Part shown: positions 14,201 through 26,846 of the stretch, one piece after another
Position numbering within the stretch: the first letter of the stretch is position 1
How the letters are laid out: the number at the start of each line of letters is the position of its first letter
From: the human T2T-CHM13v2.0 reference genome, Homo sapiens
Assembly (NCBI RefSeq): GCF_009914755.1
Contig: NC_060927.1
DNA length: 64,000 nt
Reading direction: 5' to 3' (one strand)
The notes under the pieces: model-generated
The model's input: the letters and a program-made list of their open reading frames with translations, nothing else
Database searches by the model: none
What the model was told of the DNA's origin: nothing
Made by a program: the position numbers and the translations under genes

Positions 14201-14864
14201 TTTTTAAAGAACTGTTCTTATAAGAACCTCACCCAGTTCATGTACCCAGTAAAGCATCAAGAAGGTCTTCCATACCGTGTTTCCCTGGGAAATGGGTTCC
14301 TTCTCACCTCCTTTCTCCAGGAAATGCTAACTGGCTGACCTCCTGGGACACATTTACTCTGATGAATACACTGAGGTCTAGGGTTGGGCCCTCAGCTTTA
14401 CAGCATCAGAAACTGGATCTTGACAGAGCCTCTGAGTTGATCAGACTAAGAGATGCTGACTCATACTAATCCACAAGAGACTGATATATAACCAGAATGC
14501 CAGTTTATTAATTTACAGTGGGAAACATTTGGCCTGATCTGTCCCTTTTCTCCCTACAGGCCAGTTGCATGGGAAGAGAGATCATCTGAAAGTTGCTCAA
14601 TGAACAAGGAACTTTGACAAAGAGAGTTATATTATTCAAATGTTTGATAACATAGGGCTCTGCTCAACTGGAGCCTCTGTCTCCTCAACAGGAATCTGCT
14701 CCAGATGATCTAGATGTTTCAGGCACTGTGGCGGAAGCCCCCATTCCTGAACAATGCACACAAGAGCCAGTGTACCATGTGTGCCCTTTTCCCCACATTC
14801 CCTCTGTTGACCAACACATTGCTCTTTATATATATTAATCCTTTTGAGACTTCTTGCAGTGCAC

Positions 14865-15063
14865 CTGTGGTTCCCAAAGCCAGTCTGCTGACCAGGAAGA
14901 AGCCGGTTGCCACAAAAGCACCTGGGATACATGTAAAGAAATAACGGGCTTGTATAGCTCTACTGGAAATTCTAATAATTAGGTCTGTGGAGGAGTCTAG
15001 GAATCTGAATGTTTACAGGCATCCCAAGTGACTCTGATCATCAGCCAGGTTGGGGAACCACTG
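14865..15063. mobile_element. MER5-family (hAT-Charlie)
   Basis: TIRs ctgtggttccc / gggaaccactg; caagtgactctgat core. Confidence 0.75.
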
Positions 15064-15769
15064 ATATAAAAGTCTTATTGGCTAATAATCTATTCTACCA
15101 CTTTAAGACGACTTTGCATATTCTGATCAGATCCATTACAGACTGATTGTATAGATTAACTCTCAGAACAAAATATTATTTCCTAGTTCTCAAAGGCCAA
15201 TCGCTGTTGTATCCTTGAGCTTGCTTCCTTCATTCTTTCTTTCCTTCCCTCTTTCCTTCTTTTCCTTCCTCCCCCCACCCCTCTCCCTTACATAAATATT
15301 TATAAATACATAATGCATAAGGAAGCTTACCAAGAGGAGGCTGTAGCAGTTGACACTCCAAGAGCCAAAACCAAAAGCTGCTGTTAGGTGATAATAGACT
15401 TGGAGGATTAGGATATATAAGCCTGGTGCACAGACCGCTCTAAGGCCAGCCAGTAATACCAAGGCCTGACATTGAACAATCTTGAGATAATTTCTCTGTG
15501 GTAAGCAACCCTGGGCCTTGGCATACTTCCTGAGCTGATGTCCTGTAGGAAACAACATTATGCTCCCAAGTGACCTTGAGGGAAACTCCAAGAACCATGT
15601 TTCCGTCCCGCTCATGACAAAGCAGACAGCCGTCTTTCCTCTCAAATATGGCTCCCATGTCGCTAGCACCTGGCAGTGCCTTGCTTCCAGCAGAGCACCA
15701 AAATCAGGACAGCAAAGTGAGAGTCAAATCTAAGGAGGGGTGCCAATGTGTGATGGGCATCTCTTTATA

Positions 15770-16690
15770 CCAGGTTCTGTGTTCCCATACTATATATCCT
15801 ATGCACCACAAAAATCACTGAAACAGGTTTCGGTATCTCCATTTTCTAGATGAAGAAATTGAGGCTCAAAGGGACTAAGTAACTTGCTAAATAAAGGTCA
15901 TGCCAGCAGTTAAGTGGTGGAATTGGGATTTGAATCCAAGCTCACTCCGTTCCAAATTCTATGTTCTTTCCATAATCCCATGCTGCTGAGTAAACAGGGA
16001 GGTTGGAAGTGGGAGTTTTGAACATAAGCTTCATTTGCTATTCATACTAATTTATAGATAATTTTTATAATTTCTCTATACAGAATGACATATATAAATA
16101 CATTTTTTTTCAAATATTCCATAACAACTATCACATTCCTACATATAAAATATACTAGCATCTAAATCTGCATTTGGTTAATCCTGATTCTTTTCTCAGG
16201 GGGAAAAAGGCGGCTATAATTAGGGATAGGATTGGGAGTCAGGATATCTAGTTTATAGTCCTGGCTCTGCCTTTCACTCACTGTGTACATTAGGAAATTC
16301 CTTTTTTCTTCCTGAGCCTCATTTTCATCATCTGTCAAAGGAAGGGTTGGATTAGATCTTTTACATGCTAGGATTCTAAAAATCTAGTAACACTGTTACC
16401 ATGTTTCTTAATTGTTTTAGATCAAAGCACAGAAATTGAACAGTAGAAAAAGAAATCTGAACACATATATTAGAAGGCTATTTAATAATAACTAATTTTA
16501 TTGAGCACTGTTTGTATGCCAGGGACTGTACTAACTAGTTTGTATTACTTATTTTGATTACTTCTTATCACATCAACTCTATTCTTATTTATCCATCTCT
16601 TAGGAATAGAGAGGTAAGTAATTTGCCCAAGATCACATGGCTGGTAAGAGGAGAAGCCAATGCTGAAATCCAAGCACAAGCCTAGGGCCA
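15770..16690. mobile_element. Three MIR/MIR3 fragments (15770-15987 -, 16210-16380 +, 16484-16690 -)
   Basis: MIR cores attttctagatgaagaaattgaggctca, gagcctcattttcatcatctgt, tttgcccaagatcaca. Confidence 0.75.
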
Positions 16691-17110
16691 GCTCCTAAAT
16701 ATAGTCCTAGCTTCCACTCTTGCTTTACAGCTCCCACTCTGATGACTGTGTAGGACATTTATGAAAGTTGCATTTGGATTATCTGATCTTGGGACATGAG
16801 GAAAAAAGGACAGCACATATCAGCCCATGTAAGGGAATTTCCTAGAGACTATTGTTATGATTATCTCCCTTGGGAAAGGGAGCTGTAAAAGTTATATAGA
16901 ATATGTTCAGGTTCAGAGAGTCAACTGCATCAGAGAAAACATTATACTGGTCAACAGGCCCTGGACATAAAATTACTTCTATTCCTTAATATTATTAGTA
17001 AGCTTTGTTTTCCTAACACCAAGGTCATAAAAGTTAGGCCCCAGTTTCTCTGCCTGGGTTTAAGTAGGAGGAAATAAATCAAGAAGGAGAAGAACTTTTC
17101 TTGCTCTTAC

Positions 17111-17269
17111 TGATCCTGTGGAGGTAAAGGCAAGTGGGAGGAAGGAATGGTTGCTGGCAGGTAGATCAAGAACTATCAAAGGCTGAGTCCTGTACAGATG
17201 GGGATGCTGTATTTGATATCCACCCTATTCAAATGATGCCTTGATAGCCACCTATTGCTTCTGATCTCC
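17111..17269 (-). pseudogene. Weak candidate exon of fossil gene
   Basis: cttccctgtccAG| ... TCA|GTAAGA; 159 nt phase 0-0, two TAG in 53 codons. Confidence 0.3.
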
Positions 17270-17569
17270 CTGGACAGGGAAGTTGGGTGGCAAGGCTGAG
17301 CCATGGTCTAGGATGAACTATAAAAACATTACGAACCATTTCTATCCCCAAAGGATAATACCTGGACAAAACTACAAGAATGTCCACTCTTGGGACCAGG
17401 GATGGAATAGAGATAGAGCTACCAGCAATGTCACTACTTCTTTCTGTTTTCTTCCTTGCTCACTACCCACATTAAGTAGGACTCTTTTTCTTTTTTGTGT
17501 GCTTTGTATTGCATGTCATGCAGGTGGGTTGGAGAGAAGTGAAAAAGGCTGTCTATAAATTGCTGTAGC

Positions 17570-18400
17570 TAATTTAGAAGTCATTTTGCATCGTGTACCC
17601 AAGCCTACACTTTCAATAATGTCAGAAAAGTTTGCTTTACTTTTGCAATGCATCGATAGGTTAAAAGGCATTTTTATTAAACCTACAGGTGACACAAAGC
17701 TGGAAAGTATACCTATAGCTACAGAGCTAAATCAGAATTCAAAATTGTCTAGACAGTCTGGAGTTTCTTGTCTAACTCAATAAGATGGAATATATCAGAA
17801 ATAATTGCAGAATTCTATATTTAGGGTAAAAAGCAAACCATCATATAAGTTCAGGATGGAGATGATTACCCAAAGAGCATTTGTTCATATGAAAGGACTG
17901 GGGACTTTAATTATCCACAAGTTGAATATTTTCCAACATTATGATGTGTGTGCTGGAAAAAAACAACCCAGTCTTTGACTGCATGAAGGGAAGTGAAGGA
18001 GAGATTATAGGAAGCCCTGGTCCTAGTGCAGTGGGCTGTGGTCAGACCACACTGAAGTACTGGGTTCTCTGGTAGGTACCACAATTCTTGAGGGATTTTG
18101 ACCAACTTGAAGAAAAGTAATGGGTTGGTAAGGGTCAGGAAGTCAGGAACAGTTGACATAAATGATCACATTTAGCCTAGAGAAGAAAAAAAAGTCAACC
18201 AAAGGAATACCATATCCTTGTCTGCAAATATTTAAAAGGCTCTTGTGTGACAGGCAGAATAAATTTGTTCTGCCCTGTCAAGATGTAGAGATAAAGAGCA
18301 GAAGTTAAAGAAGGCAGATTTCAGTACAACATAAGTAAGAGCTTTTCAATACCTGAGCCGTTGTCCTAAAGAGAGAGCTCCTAGCAACTAGAGGTACTAC
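17570..18400 (+). mobile_element. L3/CR1 LINE RT region
   Basis: IKPTGDTKLE resembles CR1 KFADDTKL; ggtcagaccacactgaagtactg and tttagcctagagaaga CR1 motifs. Confidence 0.8.
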
Positions 18401-18412
18401 AGCTATGGCTAC

Positions 18413-18644
18413 CTTGAAGGAGAGAGGTGAAGTGCGAAGAAGACGCCACTGTCTGTTTTGCCAGGACTGGATTCATTGCTCTTATTTCACTGATATTTCA
18501 TATATATTCTTGGGCCTCAACTTGGAAGCCATCAATTTTGGCTGAAGAACCAGGCCTGAGGATTCATAGCCCATGACTTTCTGAGCAGGGACTACCACTT
18601 CGGAATGCCTGAGCTTATAATACAGCCCCTTCCTTAGGAATTAT
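18413..18644 (-). pseudogene. Candidate exon of fossil gene
   Basis: cactgttcAG| ... AAG|GTAGCC; *FLRKGLYYKLRHSEVVVPAQKVMGYESSGLVLQPKLMASKLRPKNIYEISVK*EQ*IQSWQNRQWRLLRTSPLSFK. Confidence 0.4.
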
Positions 18645-18734
18645 CTGAACAGTGAAACTCACTCTCTTGTACTTATCCATTTGCTTAATAACAGAAGGGC
18701 TCACTTTGCTTCTTGAGCATATATTAGGCACTTA

Positions 18735-19051
18735 TTTTTTTTTAATTTTTATTTATTTTTTTGAGACAGAGTTTCACTCACTCTGTCACCCAGGCTGGAG
18801 TGCAGTGAGTGATGTGATTTCTGCTCACTGCAACCTTTGTCTACCAGGTTCAAGCAATTCTCCTGCCTCAGCCTCCTGAGTAGCTGGGATTACAGGCATA
18901 CACCACTACACCGGCTAATTTTTGTATTTTTAGAAGAGGTGGGGTTTCACCCTGTTAGCCAGGCTGATCTCAAACTCCTGACCCCAAGTGACTCGCCCAC
19001 CTTGGCCTCCCAAAGTGCTGAGATTACAGGCATGAGCCACCATGACTGGCC
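18735..19051 (-). mobile_element. AluS
   Basis: Full dimer with T-rich tail. Confidence 0.92.
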
Positions 19052-19273
19052 ATGTATTGTTTCTGCTATAGAAATATTTTATTACTCCATAGACTGTACT
19101 TTTATTTCTTTGAATTTCATTTGTTAATATTTAGACACTTTTTTCTGCTTTTAAACACGATGAGCAGACCTTTGATAATATAATAATTTTAATAATAATT
19201 AGAATTGTTACATGAAAAGAAATGAAAGTTTCTGCTCTGAGGCTTGGCTGTGCTGTTAACAATAGTGCCAGGA

Positions 19274-19631
<358 letters not shown>

Positions 19632-19761
19632 TCAGCCCCTAAGAGAGTCACTATCATGCCCCAACCCATCTTTATCCTACTAGGAAAGGCAGGTAGTCTC
19701 ATTCTTAAAATCCATCATCCAGGAGCTTAGGAGAAATAAAATCTGAATTTCTTTTCAGGAG

Positions 19762-20434
19762 ATGTAAGAGATTGGAAAAACTTGTCCTTTTGTTTTTCAC
19801 ACACTACTCAACACAACACTTCTGACACTGGATGGGTGAATTATTTTCCCCATACACCAAATAATTTTCCACTGGACATGGGCGGGGGGGTCCTAAAATT
19901 CAGTTCTGACACATCTACCTAGAGTTAGAGTCAGATCTCACAGGTTGAGGGCTCAGCCTCTCAAGACTCCCTCTCACTTTAGATGCCAACTGCAAGTCCC
20001 AGGTTGCAGCCTGTACTCCTGACTGACTGGCTATAAATTGGGGTTCCCATAACCCCCCTCCTCAGGTTTTATTAATTTGTTAAAGTGGCTCACAAAATTC
20101 ACGGAAACATATTTACCCATTTATTGTAAAGGGTTTTATAAAGGATACAGAAGAACAGTCAGATGGAGAGATACCTAGGGCAAGGCATGTGGGAAGAGGT
20201 GCAGGGCTTGGCAGACCACCCTCCAGGCACCTTTACGTAGTCAGCTCTCCAGTGGCTCCCTGAACCCACTTCCCTTGGGTTTTTATGGAGGCTTCATTAC
20301 ATAGGCATGATTGATGGTATCACTGGCCATTGGTGATTAACTCAACTGTTAGCCCCTCTCCCCTCCTGGGAGGTTGAATGGTGGAACTAAATGTTCCAAC
20401 CCTCTAATTACAGGATTGGTTCCCCTGGCAAACC
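19762..20434 (-). mobile_element. MER21-family LTR, truncated
   Basis: caacacttctgacac, tttttatggaggcttcattacataggcatgattg, ttggttcccctggcaa. Confidence 0.8.
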
Positions 20435-20435
20435 A

Positions 20436-20554
20436 ATAGAGATGGGGTTTTGCCATGCTGCCCAGTCTGGTCTCAAACTCCTGAGCTCAAGCGATCCTCC
20501 CGTCCCAGCTTCCCAAAGTGCTGGGATTATAGGCATGAGCCACTGTGCTCGGCC
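20436..20554 (-). mobile_element. AluJ left arm only, no tail
   Basis: ctcctgagctcaagcgatcctccc..gctcggcc. Confidence 0.85.
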
Positions 20555-20637
20555 ATCTTCTCATTTTTATAACAGTCCAATTCCCTAAGATAAACCCATG
20601 GTTAAGTTTCTAGTTTCAATATCTTACAACCAAATAA

Positions 20638-20840
20638 ATGTAGTAGTTAAGAGTTCTGACTTTAATGTCAGATAGACCAGGGTTGATATACAGAGTACCC
20701 ACTGAGAAGTTACTTACTTTCTTTAGCTTCCTTATATGTAAATTCACATACTTCTAAAGAGGATTAAGTGAGATAAAATACGTAATGTGCTTAGCACAGT
20801 GCCAGGCCCAGAGTCAGTGCTCAGGAAATGTTAGAGCTCA
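20638..20840 (+). mobile_element. MIR
   Basis: gtagtagttaagag..ggattaagtgagataa..gtgcttagcacagtgcc. Confidence 0.7.
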
Positions 20841-21228
20841 TTAATATGTATTATAATCAAATAAAATATGAGAAGACTGAAAATAGAAGAAAAAAAATCA
20901 CCCATAGTTCCACCACCTGAACTGATTTTTAACTATTTTCATTTTGTCTTTTATCTGTGTGTAAGAGAAAGAAATGTTATATATAATTCTGAGAGGCAGT
21001 CCTGGTAGCTAGAATGCCCTTTGTTTGCCAAGTCTTCATAGGTGGTGGGGATAAAATCTGGAGGTGGAAGCTGGGGTGTATGAGTGCAGAACTGCTCTGC
21101 ATAATGAAGGAAAAGGCAAATGAGATTCCCTAAGGGAGAAATAGTTTAATCTCTAGGTTAGATCTTTTAAGCACTCCCTAAAGACAGAGAAGGAAGCCAT
21201 TAAATGTTCTGAGTCTAGACTAGATCAC

Positions 21229-21448
21229 CTTTTTGATGTCTTTTATACCAGTTCCGAATTTGCTGAGAGTACTAAGTCCCTGAGAGCTGAGCCTGAGATA
21301 CTTGTGCCGAGGGCGCTTTATCAATCCTTCTATCTCCTTCAAGTCATTCTTTCCTGACGCATTCCTCCTAGGGCAGCCATGGTGGTCTCTTCCATGTTTC
21401 CCTATCTCAGGTCAGGCTCTTTTGAAAGTGGGCGTACACATGAGCCAT
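21229..21448 (-). pseudogene. Candidate exon of fossil gene
   Basis: ctgactaatgtgatttaAG| ... AAG|GTGATC; 73 codons with one TGA: ...KNDLKEIEGLIKRPRHKYLRLSSQGLSTLSKFGTGIKDIKK; several retained CpGs. Confidence 0.5.
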
Positions 21449-21758
21449 CTTAAATCACATTAGTCAGTAGTGCTGCGGATGCCTTATTAGTAGGGAATCT
21501 GGATCAGGAAGATTGCTTTCCTATGGGCTTGGGTAAAAGCCACTAGAACCCAAGGAGACAATACTTGTCCAAACTGATTTATAACCAAAAGCTAATGTTA
21601 CTGACTGATAACCCAGGGAAAAAATTTATTTACCACTAAAATCTAAGAGCCAATATTTTAATTTAATAATTTACTTTTCTTTGTTTAATTTACTTTTCTT
21701 TGTTTATTTCTATTCACAAGTTGAATATTTTAGATTGGTTTGAAAGTTATCACTTCTC

Positions 21759-24700
21759 TATGCTGTTCTCTATCAGCCTCTATTTGATAAGCGATTTGAG
21801 ATTATTAATGCAATTTATGAACCCACAGAAGAAGAATGTGAATGGAAACCAGATGAAGAAGGCAAGATTTCGGAGGAGTTGAAAGAAAAGGCCAAGATTG
21901 AAGAAGAGAAGAAGGATGAAGAAAAAGAAGAGCCCATAGGAATTCCTGAATTTTGGTTAACTATTTTTAAGAATGTTGACTTGCTTAGTGATATGCTTCA
22001 GGAACATGATGAACCTATTCTGAAGCACTTTAAATTTATTAAAGTGAAGTTCTCGGATGCTGGCCAGCCTATGAGTTTTGTCTTAGAATTTCACTTTGAA
22101 CCCAGTGAATATTTTACAAATGAAGTGCCAACAAAGACATATAGGATGAGGTCAGAACCAGATGATTCTGGTCCCTTTTCTTTTGATGGACTAGAAATTA
22201 TGGGTTGTACAGGGTGCCAGATAGATTGGAAAAAAAGGAAAGAATGTCACTTTGAGAAACATTAAGAAGCAGCAGAAACACAAGGGACATGGGACAGTTT
22301 GTACTGTGACTAAAAGAGTTTCCAATGACTCTTGCTTTAATTTTTTTGCCCCTCCTGAAGTTCCTGAGAGTGGATATCTGGATGATGCTGCTGAAGCTAT
22401 CCATGCTGCAAACTTCCAAATCAGTCACTTTTTACCTGAGTGTATAATCCCAAGATCAGTGTTATATTTTACTGGAGAAGCTATTGAAGATGATGATGAT
22501 GATTATGATGAAGAAGGCAAAGAAGCAGATGAGGAAGGGGAAGAAGAAGATGAGGAAAATGATCCAGACTATGAACCAAAGAAAGATCAAAACGCAGCAG
22601 AGTGCAAGCAGCAGTGAAGCAGGATGTATGTGGCCTTGAGGATAACCTGCACTGTAATAGCCTAAACACAACTCTTATTTACTTACAGCCTTATGTTTTC
22701 GTATTTTCTTGGTAGACTATGCAACTTTTTTAAAGGACAGGAAACTGATATTTTAAAGACCAATTTGTCCTCTCTAGCATTTTGACTAGTTTTTCCGCCA
22801 GATATTTTGAATGCACAAATTCTGTCACGCATGTTCATTAATTGCTACGTAATTTGGTTCTTCTGGAATATTTTCATGTAGCTCTTGGAGTACAACTGTG
22901 AAAATTAACGACTGCTAAGTGAAATACTTTCTTTTCATAATTTTTTCCTTGACGAGCCAAAGTATTTTTTTCAGCTGGTTGTTGAATAGGGTTAAGTCCG
23001 CTTGGATTAGTTGTGACCTTCTTTAATATGTTACAGAAATGCAGTGACTTATATTAAGACAATTCATTGTTTTAAAATAAAATTGGCAGGACAACTATAT
23101 GGTTAAGAATTTCCAGTATGAACACATCCAATAACTGCATTAGATGGTTAATGGATTATTGTGTTATAGGTGACAGTTAACGGTAAAGTAACCTGACTCA
23201 GGATAGTTACTGGTACCACAGTGAGGTGAATAAAACAGGATTTTCAGAAGTTACCCTCAATTTAACTATACTTTTAAATTTAAACTCCATTAACTACGCA
23301 TCTTTTCTTTGTGATAAAGTCTACCTTCTGCTTCCCTGGAAAGGAAGAATTTACATTATCCGACAGGCCTATTTTCAAGTTATTTGCTGTTTGTTTGCTT
23401 GTTTTTGTTTTTGCAGCCTAAAATAAAAATTTCAAATACAATTTTAGTTCTTACAAGATAATGTCTTAATTTTGTACCAATTCAGGTAGAAGCAGAGGCC
23501 TAGCTGGAATTAAGGGTTACACACAGTTTTTACCACATTATTGAAGAGAAGGGTACCAGCTTTGGAAAGAGATACTATACTAATAAGCAAGTGTGGAAGA
23601 AGAAGAGGAAGAAGAAGAAGAGAAGAAGAGGAGGAGGAGGAGGAGGAGGAGGAAGAAGAAGAAGAAGAAGAAGAAGAAGAAGAAGAAGAAGAAGAAGAAG
23701 AAGAAGAAGAAGAAGAAGATCTTCAGTTATTTGATGCTTTTTGTAAAAAAAAAATTAAAGTTCATTTTCTTTGGGTTAGAGCTAGAGAAAAGGCCCAAGC
23801 TTCTGTGGTTTCTTCTAATTCTTATTGCTTAAAGTATGAATATGTCACTTACCCATGCTTCTGTTTACTATGTATTAAAATGGGTAGTACTGTTTACCTA
23901 ACTACCTCAAGGATGTGTTAAGGCATATTGAGTTAAATCTCATAAAATGTTTCTCAATCTCGTTAACAGCTCAAAATTTTGGGCCTATTTGTAATGTCAG
24001 TGTGACACTCAGCATTTTGTTCATACCACACTTTGATAACTAAATTGGAAAACAAAGGTTAAGTACCTCTGTTCTGGACCTGGACAGGCAACACTCCTTT
24101 AGATCTTTGTGTTGCTCCCATTTGTATAGAAGTGGATGGATGCACTATTTCACAAAGTCCAAGAATTTTTTTCAGGTATTTTTGATGACTGTATAGCAGT
24201 AAATACTACTTGGATAGCACTATAGTATTGTAGTCATGAGACTAAAGTGGACATAAGACTATTTTTGATAAAAGATGCCATTAAATTTCAGACTGTAGAG
24301 CCACATTTACAATACCTCAGGCTAATTACTGTTAAATTTGGGGTTGAACTTTTTTTTGACGACAGCGAGGGTGGACTTTTGGGTTGTCATTTAGAGGAAG
24401 GTCTAGATTTCCTGCTGTTAATAAAATTACATTCAATTCATTTTTAAAGGTGATGAAAACTTCCTTTTTGAGAAGTTAGTGTTAAGGTCTTGGAATGTGA
24501 ACACATTGTTTGTAGTGCTATCCATTCCTCTCCTGAGATTTTTAACTTACTACTGGAAATCCTTAACCAATTATAATAGCTTTTTTCTCTTTATTTTCAA
24601 AATGATTTCCTTTGCTTTGATTAGACACTCTGTGATTTTTTTTTTGTAACCATAGTTCATCTAAATTCAGCTTTTTCTAACTTTAAAGCTAGAATCCCAT

Positions 24701-24964
24701 TTCTAATGAACTGAAGTAGCAAAATCATCTTTTCATTCTTTTAGGAAATAGCTATTGCCAAAGTGAAGGTGTAGATAATACCTAGTCTTGTTATATAATG
24801 GGGACGTGGTTTGCAGAAGAATTCTCTTTATAAAATTGAAGCGTCAAGGGATGTCAGTGTTTACGCCATTTTTCCTGTTCCAAAATGATTTCATTCCATA
24901 CTAGAAATTTGAAGTATGTAACTTGAAATCCTTAATAAAATTAGGATTTAATTATATAAAAAAA
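21759..24964 (+). pseudogene. NAP1L1: NAP1L1 processed pseudogene, 5'-truncated (from about Tyr106), with 3'UTR and poly(A) remnant
   Basis: Intronless YAVLYQPLFDKRFEIINAIYEPTEEECEWKPD...GIPEFWLT...CKQQ* (stop 22615-22617); +1 A frameshift in 22230-22236; AATAAA 24934-24939; A7 at 24958-24964; 17-bp TSD gaaagttat(c/t)acttctc 21742-21758/24965-24981. Symbol is that of the parent gene. Confidence 0.97.
23596..23717 (+). repeat. Compound trinucleotide repeat (GAA)3GAG(GAA)4GA(GAA)2(GAG)8(GAA)22
   Basis: Counted directly; pure (GAA)22 at 23652-23717. Confidence 0.97.
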
Positions 24965-25719
24965 GAAAGTTATTACTTCTCCATTAAGTAAATCTGGAAC
25001 CTAAAGATTGAAGATTCTGTGTGTTGCCAGAATCACAACTCGATTAGAAAGGTTAAGAGGTAAAAAGAATGAAATGGAATAGGCCCTCTCTATTTCTATG
25101 GCTAACCTTTGGGAAAAAAATTTTATAGTAACAGAAGCTTCTTCATTAGCCACCTATGGATAGATTTTAGGCTGAGTCTAATTCACAGTGATTACCCCTC
25201 TCTAAGAACCATGGGGGAACTAGTCACTCAGCTTGATAGAGATTGTTAGGAAAGGGGGAAAATAAATCTGGAAATCTTGGATAAAAATCACTAGAGAAGA
25301 TGTTAGAGAATGTCCTACAAATAAATACCACATATAAATATTCTTTAAGCGTTTGGTAGAAAGTTGGCCAAGATGACCCCTAGCAGGTGCACAAACTAAA
25401 TTGGGGTGGGAATGGGAGTGAGGACAGGTAAAATTTGGAAGCAGCAAGAGCTTCCCAGGCAAAGTCAGGACCTTTTGGGGAATGCAACTGGAAACAGGGG
25501 CAGTGTAAGAGGAAAAGAGCTCAGCACTACGAGTCCAGAGTGTCAAGCCCAAAGAGTCCAAAAGCTGAGGTTCTGGCTTTGCCAAGATACCAACATGGAA
25601 GGTAGGAGTGCATAGAGATGACTGGGGAATCCCAGGTAACCAAAAGATTCAGGCTCAGAGGAGCCATTAGGGCTTCAAGGGAAGCTTTCCTTGTACACAT
25701 TTCAGGATTATTTGGCCCC

Positions 25720-26261
25720 TATATTAACAAGTACTTTTTAGCTTCAAGTAAAAAACAATCTAATAAAAAGCGTGGCTTAAGTAAAATGGAAATGCGCCTT
25801 TCTCTCAAGCAATGTAAAGTCGAGCAGTTGTTAGTCCAGAGCTCGTATAGAAGCACCACAATGTCAGAGAATCCCACCCTTATTCTTTTAGATGCCAACA
25901 TCCTTAGCATCTAGTTTTCATCTTCAGTATTGCTTCATGGTCACAGTTAATTGCTGCAGCTCCAACCATCACATCCACCATACAGGGAGGAAGAAGAAGG
26001 AAGAGAGGAAAGCAAACTCTACTTATCAACTAAGTCAGCCAGTCCCCTTTAAAGAGCATTCTCTTCAGTAGTCCACCCTGTGATTTCTGCTTACATCCTT
26101 TCACCAAATCTGTTTGATATGACCAATCCTAACTTAAAAAGAAGCTGTGGAAATATAGTTTTTAAACTTAGCACTGAGTTGCCTTCAATAAAATTGGAGT
26201 TCTCTTAGTAAGATAAAGGGAATTATGGACATTAAATAGGCAATTAGAAATCTCTGCCACA
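25720..26261 (-). mobile_element. LTR33-like ERVL LTR
   Basis: gctgcagctccaaccatcacatcc, ttctgcttacatc, ggcaattagaaatctctgccaca terminus. Confidence 0.7.
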
Positions 26262-26490
26262 ACCTTCTAACCAAAGAATGGCTGAAAAGTTATTTCCAAC
26301 TCCCAGTTATGTGTTGGGTGAGGCTCTAGATGTATTGATGTTCTTGGGATGCTTTTTCATGGATTCCAGGGAAGAGCAAGGCAGTTTATAGACAGCTTAT
26401 TCCAACACTGGGTTTGAACTAAGTTGAATTAAGGAAAAATAATGATAATGAAAAGGGGATGCCTACAGGAACAGTCTAAAGGAAGTGAAC

Positions 26491-26846
26491 TAATATGGTT
26501 TGACTCTTGTCCCCACCCAAATCTCATTTTGTAGCTCCCATGTGTTGTGGGAGAAACCTGGTGGGAGATAATTGAATCATGGTGGTAGGTCTTTCCCATG
26601 CTGTTCTCATGATGGTGAATAAGTCTCATGAGATCTGATGGTTTTAAAAATGGGAGTTTCCCTGCACAAGCTCTCTCTTTTCATGCTGCCATCCATGTAA
26701 GATGTGACTTGCTTCTCCTTGCCTTCCACCATGATTGTGAGGCTTCCCCAGCCACGTGGAGCTATAAGACCATTAAACCTCTTTCCTTTGTAAATTGTCC
26801 AGTCTCAGGTATGTCTTTATCAGCATCATGAAAGTGGACTAATATA
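26491..26846 (+). mobile_element. THE1B-like MaLR solo LTR
   Basis: atatggttt..tccccacccaaatctca..gggagtttccctgcacaagc..ccatgattgtgaggc..gactaatata. Confidence 0.92.

Noticed and set aside
20960-21177. Strong minus-strand acceptor with open frames
   Set aside because: Implied intron is only 51 nt and all three frames are similarly open, so no frame can be assigned
21879-22617. Two NAP1-like ORFs as a functional gene
   Set aside because: TTG starts, missing N-terminus, frameshift, no introns, and poly(A) plus TSD identify a processed pseudogene
23541-23921. Poly-Glu / poly-Lys ORFs
   Set aside because: Translation of the GAA/GAG microsatellite
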